Shown here piece by piece: positions 30,819-42,016 of a DNA stretch of 64,000 nucleotides. The DNA is from an uncultured Phycisphaerales bacterium (GTDB lineage Bacteria > Planctomycetota > Phycisphaerae > Tepidisphaerales > Tepidisphaeraceae). Below the pieces are notes generated by a model. The model was not told the DNA's origin, did no database searches, and saw nothing but the letters and a program-made list of their open reading frames with translations. Both the position numbers and the translations under genes were made by a program. The stretch lies in contig CAVWVQ010000003.1 in NCBI GenBank assembly GCA_963758525.1, positions 1,408,001 to 1,472,000 on the forward strand, read 5' to 3'. Numbering within the stretch: the first letter of the stretch is position 1; each line of letters begins with the position of its first letter.

Positions 30819-33800
30819 ATGTTCCAAGAGGGCCAAATTCTCGTTGGGCCTGTATTCAGCGAACCCATGCGCGTGGTAACCATTCGCGCAGAGGGCAACG
30901 GAGTCTGGACGCTGGGATTGGTCGGCAGGAATTCGGAGCGATTCGTCTCTGCAACGTTGTCCGAAGGGGAGATGACTTCGCTGAAGATTGTGAGCAGCGT
31001 GCCATCTTTTGCCGGCGATGGCGCGACTCTCCGCCTCGGTCTCCAAGCGTATCAGTTGGGGATCGCTTACGAGTTCGATCCTTATTTCGGCTTGTCCATT
31101 TCGCGCGTTGATCCGCTGCCTCATCAGTTGGAGGCGGTCTACGACTATCTTCTAAAGCTGGCCCGCGTTCGTTTCCTTCTTGCAGACGATGCCGGTGCCG
31201 GCAAGACCATCATGGCCGGCCTGCTCATTCGCGAACTGAAGTTGCGGGGCCTGGCCCAGCGAATCCTCGTGGTCGTGCCGGCCAACTTGTCATTTCAGTG
31301 GCAGCGAGAACTCCGGGAGAAATTCGAGGAGAAGTTCATTGTCATCAAGGGTGCCGACCTGCGCGAGCAATTCGGGGTTAATCAGTGGCAGGAGTCGCAC
31401 CAGGTGATCACGTCGCTCGACCTTGCAAAGCGCGAAGACATTCTGCCGGGGCTTCGGCAATGTCATTGGGATTTGGTCATCGTTGACGAAGCGCATCGCA
31501 TGTCAGCGTCGTCAGCCGACCATAAGAGCCTGCGGTATAAGCTCGGCGAGGATCTTGGCGCCAGAGCCGATCACTTCATGCTGCTGACTGCGACGCCGCA
31601 CAAGGGCGATCCTGTGAGCTTTACGCTGTTTCTCCAGCTTCTTGATCCGGATGTGTACGCCGATGTGCGTTCGATTCGCGAGGCAATGCAGCGACGGCGT
31701 GCACCTTTCTACCTGCGGCGGACGAAAGAGGCGATGGTTTATTTCCCGGAGCGGCAGGCCGACGGCGAATGGGTCGCGCGGCCAATTTTCACGAAACGAA
31801 TCCCTCACGCCGCGACATTTAATATTGATGGTCCGGAATTCAACCTTTACCGCGATGTGACCAACTTCGTGAAGAATCAATGCCGGGCCGCGGCGGCCAT
31901 GGGCGACGACTCCCGCGCCAGAGCCGTCGGATTCCTCATGGCGCTGTATCAGCGCCGGCTTGCATCAAGCACGTATTCCCTTCGGCATTCGCTGGAAAAT
32001 CGTGTCCGCCGGCTTCGTGAAAACCTGAAGAAGGCAAAGGATTTAGCGCGTCAGGCGCCTGCTGAATTGCCGTCGGCGGAAGACATGGAGGAAATGGAAG
32101 ATGATGACCGCGAGCGGCTGGAGGATATTCTGTCGGCCGTCTCGCTGTCGCAGAATCCGCAAATCGTGCACGACGAAATCGCGAAGCTGGAAAGGCTGAC
32201 AGAACGCGCGGTGGCGGTGGAAGAGGCCTGCACCGAAGCGAAGCTCGCCCGCCTCAAAGCCATCGTTACCGGTCAAGATACGGAGTTCTTCAAGGGTGAA
32301 GACTTTCTCTCAAACCCCGGGCGCCGGCTACTGATTTTCACTGAATTTCGCGACACATTGGATTACCTGGTTTCGAAGTTGCGGCAATGGGGGTTTGCGG
32401 TCGAGTCAATCCACGGGAGCATGAAGCCGGGCTCACGAGATGAAGCCGGCACTCGGCTCTACGCGGAGCAGAAGTTCCGCGACGGGCCGCTTCAGGGCGG
32501 AGCACAGATTCTCGTCGCCACCGAAGCCGCCGGCGAAGGGATCAACCTGCAATGCTGCAACATCCTCCTGAACTACGACATCCCATGGAACCCCAACCGT
32601 CTGGAGCAGCGGATGGGACGAATCCACCGCTACGGTCAGACGAAAGACTGCTACATCTTCAATTTCATCGCGACGAACACTATCGAAGGCCAAGTGCTGA
32701 TCAAACTGCTGCACAAGCTTCAGGAAATCCGCGATGCCCTTGATGATGACGCCGTTTTCAATGTAGTCGGCGAAATCCTCCCGTCAGCGCAGATTGAGCG
32801 CATCCTCCGGGATTACTACGCCGGAAAACTCGGTGACGCCGACCTCGAAGATCGCGTGATGCGGAACGTCCAGGAGGAGGACTTCCGAAATATTTGCCAG
32901 AATGCTTTGGAGGGTTTGGCGACGAAGAAGCTCAATCTGGCCATGCTGATTGAGCGTCGTGCCCGGGCGCAGGAACGGCGTCTGGTACCGGAAAGCATCG
33001 CGCGCTTCCTTCAAGATTCAGCAGCGTTGGCCAACCTTGCACTGAAGGAAGTCAAATCCCTCTCTCACACGTTTGATCCGGGGCCGACGCCGTCCAGCCT
33101 CCGGGAATATGAGTCAAAGCCCGGTTGGCAGTTGTCTCGGCTGTCGAATCGATATCCTCGCTTGTCGACCGACCGAGTCGTTGCTGAAGCGAATAGCCTT
33201 GAATGGATAACTCCTGGTCATGCGCTGTTTGAGGCGTTGCGGCAACACACCTGGAGGGCCGCAACAGAAATCCTCAGTAGCGGCGCCACGTTCTATTGGC
33301 TGGACGCGACCACCGCGCTGCGTTTCGACTTCTACCGCGCCCGGATCGTCGATGGTCTCGGCAACATCATCCACGAACGCATGTTTGTGATGCAGCTTGA
33401 AGCAGGAAAGGAACCTGTGCTGCGCGAACCGGGAATCCTGGGAAACCTGGTACCAACGAAGGCTCCGTCGCCGCTCCCCACGATTGCTGCGGCGGACGAG
33501 GCGACGGGATGGCTGAACGAGTGCGCGCTCCGGCCGTTTGTCGATGAAATTCGCCTGGAGCGCACGGCTGAAGTCGAGCGGGTTCGAGCCCACGTCGATT
33601 GGTCCCTCACCGAACTGATCGGGCGGGAGGATCAGAAAATTGGAAAGCTCGCCGAATTGGCGGAGCGCAACTCCGAGGGCGCAGCGGGAAATCTCAAACA
33701 GGCGGAGGATCGCCACGCGGAATTGCTTAACCGTCGGGAGCGTCGTCGAGAAGATCTGGCTCGTCAGGCAACGCTTTCGCTCCAGGCAGTTGAGCGTCTG

Positions 33801-34241
33801 ACCTCTATTCTCGTCATTCCGCAACCGGGCCCCGAAGCCGTTCGAGCTCGGAATCTCCAGCCGAATCCCGAGACAGAAGCGACGGCGATGCGCGTGGCGA
33901 TGGAGTACGAGACCGCAGCGGGGCGCACCGTGACCGACGTTCACGAAAAGGATTTGGGATACGACCTGACGAGCCTGGACACCAAATCTGGCGAATTACG
34001 ACTGATTGAGGTGAAAGGCATCGGCGCGGCCGCGGGCACGATCATTATCACGCCCAACGAACATCGGGTCGCGCAGGATCGACGCGACTGCTATTGGCTC
34101 TATGTCGTTACGCATTGCAACTCTGAGCCGCTGCTTGAAACGATCAAGGATCCGGCATCGCAGTCATGGCAGGCCGTTCAAAAGATTCAACACTATACAC
34201 TCCCGACCAACGCGATCGCGCCGGAGAAGGAAACCAGATAG
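30819..34241 (+). CDS. SNF2-family helicase with C-terminal DUF3883 nuclease-like domain
   Basis: LLADDAGAGKT, VDEAH, LTATPH, EGINLQ, WNPNRLEQRMGRIHRYGQ; GYDLTS..IEVKG..TPNE. Confidence 0.92.
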   Translation: MFQEGQILVGPVFSEPMRVVTIRAEGNGVWTLGLVGRNSERFVSATLSEGEMTSLKIVSSVPSFAGDGATLRLGLQAYQLGIAYEFDPYFGLSISRVDPLPHQLEAVYDYLLKLARVRFLLADDAGAGKTIMAGLLIRELKLRGLAQRILVVVPANLSFQWQRELREKFEEKFIVIKGADLREQFGVNQWQESHQVITSLDLAKREDILPGLRQCHWDLVIVDEAHRMSASSADHKSLRYKLGEDLGARADHFMLLTATPHKGDPVSFTLFLQLLDPDVYADVRSIREAMQRRRAPFYLRRTKEAMVYFPERQADGEWVARPIFTKRIPHAATFNIDGPEFNLYRDVTNFVKNQCRAAAAMGDDSRARAVGFLMALYQRRLASSTYSLRHSLENRVRRLRENLKKAKDLARQAPAELPSAEDMEEMEDDDRERLEDILSAVSLSQNPQIVHDEIAKLERLTERAVAVEEACTEAKLARLKAIVTGQDTEFFKGEDFLSNPGRRLLIFTEFRDTLDYLVSKLRQWGFAVESIHGSMKPGSRDEAGTRLYAEQKFRDGPLQGGAQILVATEAAGEGINLQCCNILLNYDIPWNPNRLEQRMGRIHRYGQTKDCYIFNFIATNTIEGQVLIKLLHKLQEIRDALDDDAVFNVVGEILPSAQIERILRDYYAGKLGDADLEDRVMRNVQEEDFRNICQNALEGLATKKLNLAMLIERRARAQERRLVPESIARFLQDSAALANLALKEVKSLSHTFDPGPTPSSLREYESKPGWQLSRLSNRYPRLSTDRVVAEANSLEWITPGHALFEALRQHTWRAATEILSSGATFYWLDATTALRFDFYRARIVDGLGNIIHERMFVMQLEAGKEPVLREPGILGNLVPTKAPSPLPTIAAADEATGWLNECALRPFVDEIRLERTAEVERVRAHVDWSLTELIGREDQKIGKLAELAERNSEGAAGNLKQAEDRHAELLNRRERRREDLARQATLSLQAVERLTSILVIPQPGPEAVRARNLQPNPETEATAMRVAMEYETAAGRTVTDVHEKDLGYDLTSLDTKSGELRLIEVKGIGAAAGTIIITPNEHRVAQDRRDCYWLYVVTHCNSEPLLETIKDPASQSWQAVQKIQHYTLPTNAIAPEKETR

Positions 34242-34300
34242 GCGTGGCGTTGCCCTCGATAACACTTATCGATCACGTCGCGACATATCCAATCACAAGC

Positions 34301-34768
34301 ATGCTCTATTTCGCATACGGTTCAAATCTCGACTGCCGTCAAATGCGCGACCGGTGCCGATCGTCGCGATTCATTAGCATTGCAAGGCTCGAAGGTCATC
34401 GTCTGGCGTTCTCGCGAAAATCCATCAATCGTAAGTGCGGCGTGGCCGACGTTGTGGAGGCATCTAGGGAAAGTGTCTGGGGCGTTGTATACGAGATCGC
34501 CGATGGCGACGTTGCCCGCTTGGATATCGACGAGGGATTTCGCGCCGGGCGTGCCACGAATTCCTATGAGCGCGTCTTCAAGGAAGTTGTATTGGTAGAT
34601 TTCGGAGGAGGTCGAGCGGTGCGCGTTGAGACGTACGTGGCGAAGCCGCAACCACAACCGCCGCTTCCAAATCGTGCTTACATGGAACAGGTCATTAGCG
34701 GGGCGCGCTTCTGGAATTTGCCGGCGCAGTATATCGAGCGGCTGGAAAGGGTGGAAGTCGCGCAATGA
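34301..34768 (+). CDS. Gamma-glutamylcyclotransferase family protein
   Basis: YFAYGSNL, VWGVVYEI, LDIDEG, PNRAYM; stop overlaps the next ATG. Confidence 0.88.
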   Translation: MLYFAYGSNLDCRQMRDRCRSSRFISIARLEGHRLAFSRKSINRKCGVADVVEASRESVWGVVYEIADGDVARLDIDEGFRAGRATNSYERVFKEVVLVDFGGGRAVRVETYVAKPQPQPPLPNRAYMEQVISGARFWNLPAQYIERLERVEVAQ

Positions 34769-37700
34769 TTCCTAAAGAATGCAAACGTCTCGCCGAAGTG
34801 GACTTCCCAATTGCAGCAGTGTCAGTGCATTCCGCACGGGAGAAATCCATCCGTCACGGCCATCCGTCCACGTTGCATCTATGGTGGGCTCGCCGGCCGC
34901 TCGCGGCGTGTCGGGCGATGCTCATGGCGCTGCTGCTGCCAGACCCATGCGACCCGCACTGCCCGAAGGAATTCAAGGCAGACGCACGACGTATCCTGCT
35001 GGGATTTGCGGGCCGGCCGTCAGGGTGGGACAAGACGCTCAAGACGGACGCCGGACTGCGGCACGCCATTCTGCACGAGTTCATCGCGGATTTCGCTAAC
35101 TGGGACAACGCGGCTAACCCAGCATACCTCAAGACAGCACGGGCTATGGTAAAGGCTGCCCACGAAGAAGAATCGCCGCTGGTCGTCGACCCATTCGCCG
35201 GCGGTGGCAGCATTCCGCTGGAGGCCTTGCGGGTTGGCTGCGATGCGTTTGGATCTGATCTAAACCCCCTCGCCTGTGCAATAAACCGAATGATGCTCGA
35301 CGTCATGCCACGGCGCGGCGTGGAATTCGCAGACCAGATTCGGGTCGTTGGTGAGGAGATAAAGCAACAGGCCAAGGTGGCCTTGGTTCAGTTCTATCCT
35401 GAAGATCCCCCCGACGAGAACGGGAGTATCGGTCGGCCACTCGCATATATTTGGGCCCGTACCGTTCAATGTGAGCAACCTGATTGCGGTGCGGAAATAC
35501 CGATTCTCAAGTCTCCGTGGCTTTCAAAACGCACCTGCAAACGCGCGCGGTTCTTCCGCGAATCGCGGAATGGTAGAAGCGTGGTCGTCGTTATGGATGG
35601 CCCGAAGGGTGGCCCGGTGCGAATTCGCATTGTAAAAGGTGAAGGGAGTGAGACGGAGAAAGCTGGGTTCCAAGTTGTGCAAGCTACGAAGGCTGGTGGC
35701 AACAATTCGAATGCGATTTGCCCATGCTGCCGCAGGCCGCTGGATGGTGAACGGGTAATGGCTCAGCTAACAGCGCAGCGGGGCGGTGCAGATCCGCAAT
35801 TTGACGAAAAAGGTAAGCGAATTGGAGGGGCGACATTGTTAGCAGTCGTTACGTACAGACAAGGGTTGCAGGGCAAAGATTTCCGCCTGCCTACGGTGCA
35901 TGATTATAAGGCTATTTGGTCTGCCGGTGAGGCGCTTCGCTCGATGGGACGGGACGTTCCAGAAGGATTCCTAAATCCTGTACGGCCTTCGCCGAATGCC
36001 AGGGGTCTCACTGCGCCAACGCGTTATGGGGTCAAAAGATTTGCTGATCTATTCACTCCAAGGCAGAGAATCACTGTGCTAACTTTGGGCGAATGCGTTC
36101 ATAAGGTACTGCTGAGCAAGAAGTGCGAGGAAGACGAATACTTTCCCTACTTGTTAGCGATGGGCCGCTGCATTGACCAGACATCGGCACAGGTACGATG
36201 GATTCCAAATATCGAAGCTATTGCTAGTTCCTTTCCACGGCAAGCATTGCAGATGACATGGGACTTTGTCGAATGTGTTCCTGTGGGAGATCAGAGCGCA
36301 AACTTTGGCGCTGCAGTTGAATGGGTAGCAAAAGTGGTCGAGCTAAACGCGGCCTCGATCACGGCAACTGGACAAAGCGAGCAATCCGACGCCCGACGAT
36401 TGCCATTAGCCGATGATGCTGTCGGCATCTTTTTCACAGACCCACCCTATTACGATGCGGTTCCGTACGCAGACCTTTCTGATTTTTTTCTGTCGTGGCT
36501 CAAGCCGCTTTTCCGTCCATCCGTATTGCGGCGATATCGCTTTGATGCTGACGATGGACTGTCTCCGAAAGCAGAGGAATGTGTATGGAATCGAGCGCAT
36601 AAGGTTCAAGGACTCGCGAAAGATCCCGTATTCTTTGAATCTGGAATGAGAGCGGCATTCGCGGATGGGCGTCGTGTCCTGAGCGAAGATGGAGTGGGAT
36701 GCATCGTATTTGCGCACAAAACGACTGAAGGTTGGGAAGCACTTCTGGGTGGCCTCTTGGCCGCTGGTTGGGTAATCGTTGCCTCTTGGCCCATTGTTAC
36801 CGAACGGGCCGTTCGCACAAACGCGCAGAACACCGCGTCCCTAGCGGCAAGTATCCATCTCATTTGCCGGCCTCGGCCCGGGAACGCGGGCGTCGGTGAC
36901 TGGGGTGAGATTGTTCGCGATCTTCCCAATCGCATCAGTGATTGGATGGAACGGCTGAGTGTTGAGGGAATTCGTGGTGCCGACTTGGTCTTTGCTTGCA
37001 TCGGTCCGGCATCGAGTTGTTCAGCAAGTATGCGCGCGTCGAGACCCCCGACGGCGAAGAGGTGGGGTTAGCCGCAAACGACCGAGCGCGCGGCGAGGCG
37101 GCGAGGCGCGGCTTCCTGTCCTACATCTGGGAGGTTGCGGGGCGAACGGCACTGAACCAGGTGCTCGGCACAGCGGAGTCGAAAGCCAAGAATGGTGCGG
37201 CCGGCGCGCTGGAGGAAGATGCGCGATTGACGGCGCTTTTCCTTTGGACGCTTCAAGCAACCGATGCGAAAGCGCCCTCGCGGCAAAAGCCGGTGGGATT
37301 GACGATGAGGAGGCTGCTGATGATGAGGGCGACGAAGCCGAAGGTGGCGCCGGTGGCGGGAAGAAGAAGGGCTTAACGATGATCTACGATATGGCCCGCA
37401 GATTTGCTCAACCTCTGGGCATTCACATGGACTTGTGGGAAGGACGGATCATCGAAACTGCCAAGGGAATGGTGCGCCTCCTCCCGGTGAGCGAACGTGC
37501 TAAGCAACTGTTTGGAGACGAGGGCGCGTCCGCCGTCGTGCGGAAATTCGATGCGGCCCGCAAACCCAACCCCCAGCTCGTACTTGATTTCATGGCCGAG
37601 CAGCGGGCTGCAGTGCCGGAAGTGAAGACCCGCGGCCGGCGAAATAAGGCAGGTGGTGACACAGCGGCCGAAGGGCTGCGCACTCGGAAGGAAGCCACGA

Positions 37701-37894
37701 CTCTGGATCGCGTTCACGCCGCGATGCTGCTGCAATCAAGTGGAGCGTCAAACGCTTTGCGGGCACTTCTGCAAGCCGAAATCCAACGTGGTCCTGACTT
37801 CCTTCGCCTCGCCAACGCGTTATCAGCGCTATATCCTCGTGAATCCGAAGAAAAGCGGCTGCTGGATGCGATGCTTCTGGCCGTGCCGAGGTGA
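34765..37894 (+). CDS. DUF1156 DNA adenine methyltransferase (frameshifts near 37010 and 37275)
   Basis: LHLWWARRPL, VDPFAGGGSIP, FTDPPYYD; continuation in two further frames ending LLDAMLLAVPR. Confidence 0.88.
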
Positions 37895-38388
37895 TCTCGA
37901 TGGAAATGTGGGAACATCCAGGGGCGCGGGTCGATCAACTCTTCATCTCGGCTTCCCGCCGCGATGTCGAGGACCAGGAAATCGGCCCCGCGCTGACCAC
38001 GCTTGGGAAAATGTTGAAGCCGGAGGTCGCGAGGCGGGTGCGCGGCAAAGTCGTCTTTTGCATCGACGGCTACGACGATGATCCGCGCGACCTGTACCAC
38101 ATCTCGGAAGTGCGCTCCTGGATGGCGGCGCTGGACCGTGAATTTCCGTTCTGGTTCTATTTTTTGGACATTGGCCCGGCCTCGACGCTCACGTTCGTTA
38201 TGTTCTCGCTCTGCCAGTTCGAGCGAGTCCCGGGGGGATCGTTGATTCCGCCGGCAGAGCTTGAGCGATTTGTCGACGAGCACATTCAAGCTATGAACAC
38301 TTTGGCCGTCCGACTTGGAGATCCGCAACACGTGACTGAGGCGCGGCTGCGGATCATTGATGAGTTCTTCGTCTCTGACGAAGATTGA
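37891..38388 (+). CDS. CRR6/DUF1817-like protein
   Basis: GYDDDPRDLYHISEVRSWMAALDREFPFWFYFL; GTGA overlap with the methylase stop. Confidence 0.65.
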   Translation: MISMEMWEHPGARVDQLFISASRRDVEDQEIGPALTTLGKMLKPEVARRVRGKVVFCIDGYDDDPRDLYHISEVRSWMAALDREFPFWFYFLDIGPASTLTFVMFSLCQFERVPGGSLIPPAELERFVDEHIQAMNTLAVRLGDPQHVTEARLRIIDEFFVSDED

Positions 38389-38441
38389 TAGTTCGGCGGC
38401 GCGCTCGATTGAGAGGGACAAGAAAGCAAGGCGGTGAGATT

Positions 38442-41276
38442 ATGGACCCTTGGTATAGAGTGACCACCCCGAGGAAGGAAGTTCGCGAAGGCAGGTCGTT
38501 CAATCCGGATGAATTCGCGATCGCCCTAGAGCAGATCGTCGCGGGCACGGCACCGGAGGACTACCGCATTCCCAAGGAGTTCTTCAAACGAACGTGCTTC
38601 ACGCGGGCGCTGCGCGATCACACGGGGATGGCTTTGCGCCGGCTATCTGGCCAGACTGGCAACGCGGCGCCCGTGATGGCGCTGGTAACTCAGTTCGGCG
38701 GCGGCAAGACGCATACGCTGACAACGTTGTATCATCTGGTTCGCGGGGGTATCGACATTCAGGAACTGCGTCGGCTCTCAACTTCGGTGGAACAAGAGGC
38801 TGTCCTTGGGCAGAGCAATTGGCTCGACGAGTTCAAAGTATTGCCCAAAGGCCGCGTCGCGGTATTCGTTGGTAATGCGTGGGACCCACAGGATGGAGCG
38901 GAGACACCGTGGATTGATGTAGCCCGGCAACTCGCTGGCGATGACGGGGTGAAGGCGCTCGGCAAGGATGCCAAGACTACGCCACCGGGAACGACGGCGC
39001 TGGGTAACGTATTCAAGGCAGCGAATGCGCCGGTGCTCGTGCTTTTCGACGAGGTTTTGAACTTCCTGAACCGCCACCGTGGATCCGCAGATAGTTTTCA
39101 TGCGTTTATTCAGAACCTGACTGTGGCAATGACTGGCACGACCAGCGGCGTGGCGATGATCAGTTTGCCGCGAAGCCAGACTGAAATGACACCGTGGGAC
39201 CAAGAGTGGCAGGCGAAGATCACCAAGGTGGTGAAGCGCGTCGCGAAAGACCTGATCGTCAATGATGAAGGGGAGATCGCCGAGGTTGTGCGGCGCCGGC
39301 TGTTCGATGCCGTTGATTCCTCTGCGGTGCAAAAAGCGGCAAAAACGGTCGCCAAGAGTTACGCCGATTGGTGCTTCGACAAGCGGGCGCAGCTCCCGCC
39401 GGAATGGACGGCTGTAGATACGGCGACTACAGACGCCAAAGCCAAGGATTTTTTGCGACGGCGTTTTGAGTCTTGTTATCCGTTCCATCCCGCAACTCTT
39501 TCAGTGTTCCAGCGTAAATGGCAGACGTTGCCGCAATATCAACAGACGCGCGGCACACTCGCCATGTTGGCGCAATGGGTGTCGTGGGCATTTGTGGAAC
39601 AACACCAGCGGAGTGTCAGTGAGCCGCTGCTTACGTTGGGCAGAGCCCCCTTGCACGATCCAAGCTTTATGAGCGTGGTGTTGGGCCAGCTTGGCGAGCC
39701 GCGACTTTCGTCAGCCATCATGACGGACATCGCGGGAGAAAACAGCCACGCAAAGGCTCTGGATGCCGATACGAAAGGACCGTTGCGGGAGATTCATCGT
39801 CGGGTAGGGACGGCGATTCTATTCGAGTCGTCGGGTGGACAGGCGGACAAGATGGCTCATTTGCCGGAACTGCGGTTCGCACTAGGTGAGCCGAACCTTG
39901 ACACCACATCAATCGACAACGCAGCCGAGACATTGGAAAAGAAGGGTTATTTCATCCGCAAAGTCGGCACCGATGGGTTCCGCTTCGGATTTCAGCCCAC
40001 GTTGAAGAAGGTGGTGGCAGATCGACGCGCATCGCTTGACGAGGAGGACGATATCCAAAAGCCGACAAGGCTAATCGTCAAGCGAGAATTCGAGCAGAAG
40101 GCGAAGTTGCCGCTGATCCCATTCCCGAAGGATGGGGATGCGGTGCAAGACACGGCGCGCCTCACGGTCGTCCTGCTTGAACCTGAGACGGAGTGGGATG
40201 AGCGGGGTGACTTGCGCAAAGAAATCTCGCAGTGGACGATGAAGCGTGGCGGATCGCATCGACTGTATCCGGGCTCGCTCGTCTGGTGCGTTCGGAAGGC
40301 GGGCAAGGATTTGCGGCAGAAGGTCGAGCATTGGCAGGCTTGGAAAAAAGTACAGCAGGAAATCACCGATGGGACGCTTCAAGGAGAGTTCGAAAGTTCG
40401 GATCGATCCAAGGTGAGTTCGGAACTCACCGAGGCCGCAGACGTGGCAGCCGATGAAGTCTGGGCAAGCTACCGGTTCATGGTCATTGCGGATCCATCGC
40501 AGCCGGATGGGATCAAAGCCATCGACCTGGGCGCCGGCCACAGCAGCGCTGGACAATCGATGACTGAGCGAATCATCGCCACTCTGAAATCTGAAGGCCT
40601 GCTGAACGAATCGGTGGGGGCGGGTTACCTTGAACGGAATTGGCCACCGGCGCTGCGGGAGTCGGGGGCTTGGGCGCTATCGAGCATGCGTCAGGCCTTT
40701 CTCAACGGCGCGCTGACCAGGCTCGCTGACCCGGACACGACGCTGCGCGAGAAAATTGTCGAGTTCGTGGCGCACGGCGACCTCGGCTTGGCATCTGGTC
40801 AGAAGCCGGACGGCACGTTTGACCGTGTGTGGTTCGACCAGCCGGTGAGTGTCGACGAGGTGGCATTCGACGCTCAGGTCTTCCTTCTCACGAAGTCTAG
40901 GGCGAAGTCGCATCTGGCCAGGCCCGCGCCGACAGGAGCGGAGGAGCCCGCGCAGCCAAAGGCCGGCGTCGGTGAAGGGACGCCGGCGGCACCTTCCGCA
41001 CAATCAGGAACAGCGACCGCAGATGGCCAATATCATGAGCGAGATGAGCATCCAGGAGTGAATATGATTCGCGTGAGCGGTCAGATTTCACCGGAACTCT
41101 GGAATAAGCTCGGCGTCCGGCTCCTTCCTCGCTTGAAGAGCGGCGGCAAACTTCGACTCGGAATCGACTTCGCTTGTGAAATACCAGCGGCGGATGCCGA
41201 GTCAATTTCGGCCGAACTGCGGCAGGCAATCGCGGACCTGCGCCTCGAAAGCATGGTGACAGTTCAGGTGAGCTGA
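38442..41276 (+). CDS. DUF499 AAA+ ATPase
   Basis: PWYRVTTPR, TQFGGGKTH, LFDE, EVVRRRLF, YPFHP, QQTRGTL. Confidence 0.9.
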   Translation: MDPWYRVTTPRKEVREGRSFNPDEFAIALEQIVAGTAPEDYRIPKEFFKRTCFTRALRDHTGMALRRLSGQTGNAAPVMALVTQFGGGKTHTLTTLYHLVRGGIDIQELRRLSTSVEQEAVLGQSNWLDEFKVLPKGRVAVFVGNAWDPQDGAETPWIDVARQLAGDDGVKALGKDAKTTPPGTTALGNVFKAANAPVLVLFDEVLNFLNRHRGSADSFHAFIQNLTVAMTGTTSGVAMISLPRSQTEMTPWDQEWQAKITKVVKRVAKDLIVNDEGEIAEVVRRRLFDAVDSSAVQKAAKTVAKSYADWCFDKRAQLPPEWTAVDTATTDAKAKDFLRRRFESCYPFHPATLSVFQRKWQTLPQYQQTRGTLAMLAQWVSWAFVEQHQRSVSEPLLTLGRAPLHDPSFMSVVLGQLGEPRLSSAIMTDIAGENSHAKALDADTKGPLREIHRRVGTAILFESSGGQADKMAHLPELRFALGEPNLDTTSIDNAAETLEKKGYFIRKVGTDGFRFGFQPTLKKVVADRRASLDEEDDIQKPTRLIVKREFEQKAKLPLIPFPKDGDAVQDTARLTVVLLEPETEWDERGDLRKEISQWTMKRGGSHRLYPGSLVWCVRKAGKDLRQKVEHWQAWKKVQQEITDGTLQGEFESSDRSKVSSELTEAADVAADEVWASYRFMVIADPSQPDGIKAIDLGAGHSSAGQSMTERIIATLKSEGLLNESVGAGYLERNWPPALRESGAWALSSMRQAFLNGALTRLADPDTTLREKIVEFVAHGDLGLASGQKPDGTFDRVWFDQPVSVDEVAFDAQVFLLTKSRAKSHLARPAPTGAEEPAQPKAGVGEGTPAAPSAQSGTATADGQYHERDEHPGVNMIRVSGQISPELWNKLGVRLLPRLKSGGKLRLGIDFACEIPAADAESISAELRQAIADLRLESMVTVQVS

Positions 41277-41353
41277 TGTGGTACGGATCCGCTAAAGAGC
41301 CGAAGTCGAATAGACGGCTGAACGAGTGGTTTGTCGACGAAGGCCCGCTCGGG

Positions 41354-41492
41354 AGCCGGAACGACCGAAGCCCAGCACACAACGGACGCTCACTACCGTC
41401 ACTACCGTCACTGATCAGGCGCCGTAACGCGCCCCAGAGCTTGATCAGTGACGGTAGTGAGCTTAATGACGGTGCATTCAGAGTTGCTGGAA
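41354..41492. repeat. Type B inverted element B1
   Basis: AGCCGGAACGACCGAAGCC..AACGGACGCTCACTACCGTCACTACCGTCACTGATCAGG..CAGTGACGGTAGTGAGC..GAGTTGCTGGAA. Confidence 0.92.
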
Positions 41493-41598
41493 CTCACGGC
41501 GAGACCTTGCACCGTGTCGTGAAGTGCCTGCATGGGCCAGCTGCTCGGCCGCGTCATTTGGCATCGCCGGCGGGCCGCGTCGCTTTGTGGACGTGGGT

Positions 41599-41919
41599 TT
41601 ACGTTTGGTCAATGCGAACCCGTACCGTCTTGCCGTTCAGGCGAAGAAGAGCGGCGTTGACGGATTCAATCAGCGCCGCGTCGGCAAATCCTACAAAGAC
41701 ATCCGGCTTGCGATTTTCCATCACATTGACGATCGCACGTTCGGTCGCAACTTCAAAAACCGCCTCGCGTACCCGTCCCTTTGGCGGATCGCCGTTGAAA
41801 ATCGCGGCGTATTCCTCTGCCGATCTGCTGCTAATTTCCTTTGCCTGTTTCGCCGTCGGGAAATAGCCCATCTCGTTGGCGCGCTCAATGAAGTGCATGT
41901 GAGTGTTATTCGTTGCCAT
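41599..41919 (-). CDS. Hypothetical protein
   Basis: 106-aa ORF downstream of the AbrB-domain gene; absent from the second unit. Confidence 0.55.
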   Translation of the reverse strand: MATNNTHMHFIERANEMGYFPTAKQAKEISSRSAEEYAAIFNGDPPKGRVREAVFEVATERAIVNVMENRKPDVFVGFADAALIESVNAALLRLNGKTVRVRIDQT

Positions 41920-42016
41920 GGTTCACCGTGCCTTCGTGTGTCAAAAGTTTACCGGCTTCCCACTAGCTCCGCCTCACCTATTTAACCTGGGTGACCCACC
42001 CGGAGCTGCTCACCCA

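Noticed and set aside
41276..41866. ORFs translating the repeats (SLPSLPSL, NPPFPPFP, GGNGG), also at 45763 and 51994
   Set aside because: Similarity is limited to the DNA palindrome; starts, stops and flanks are not conserved.
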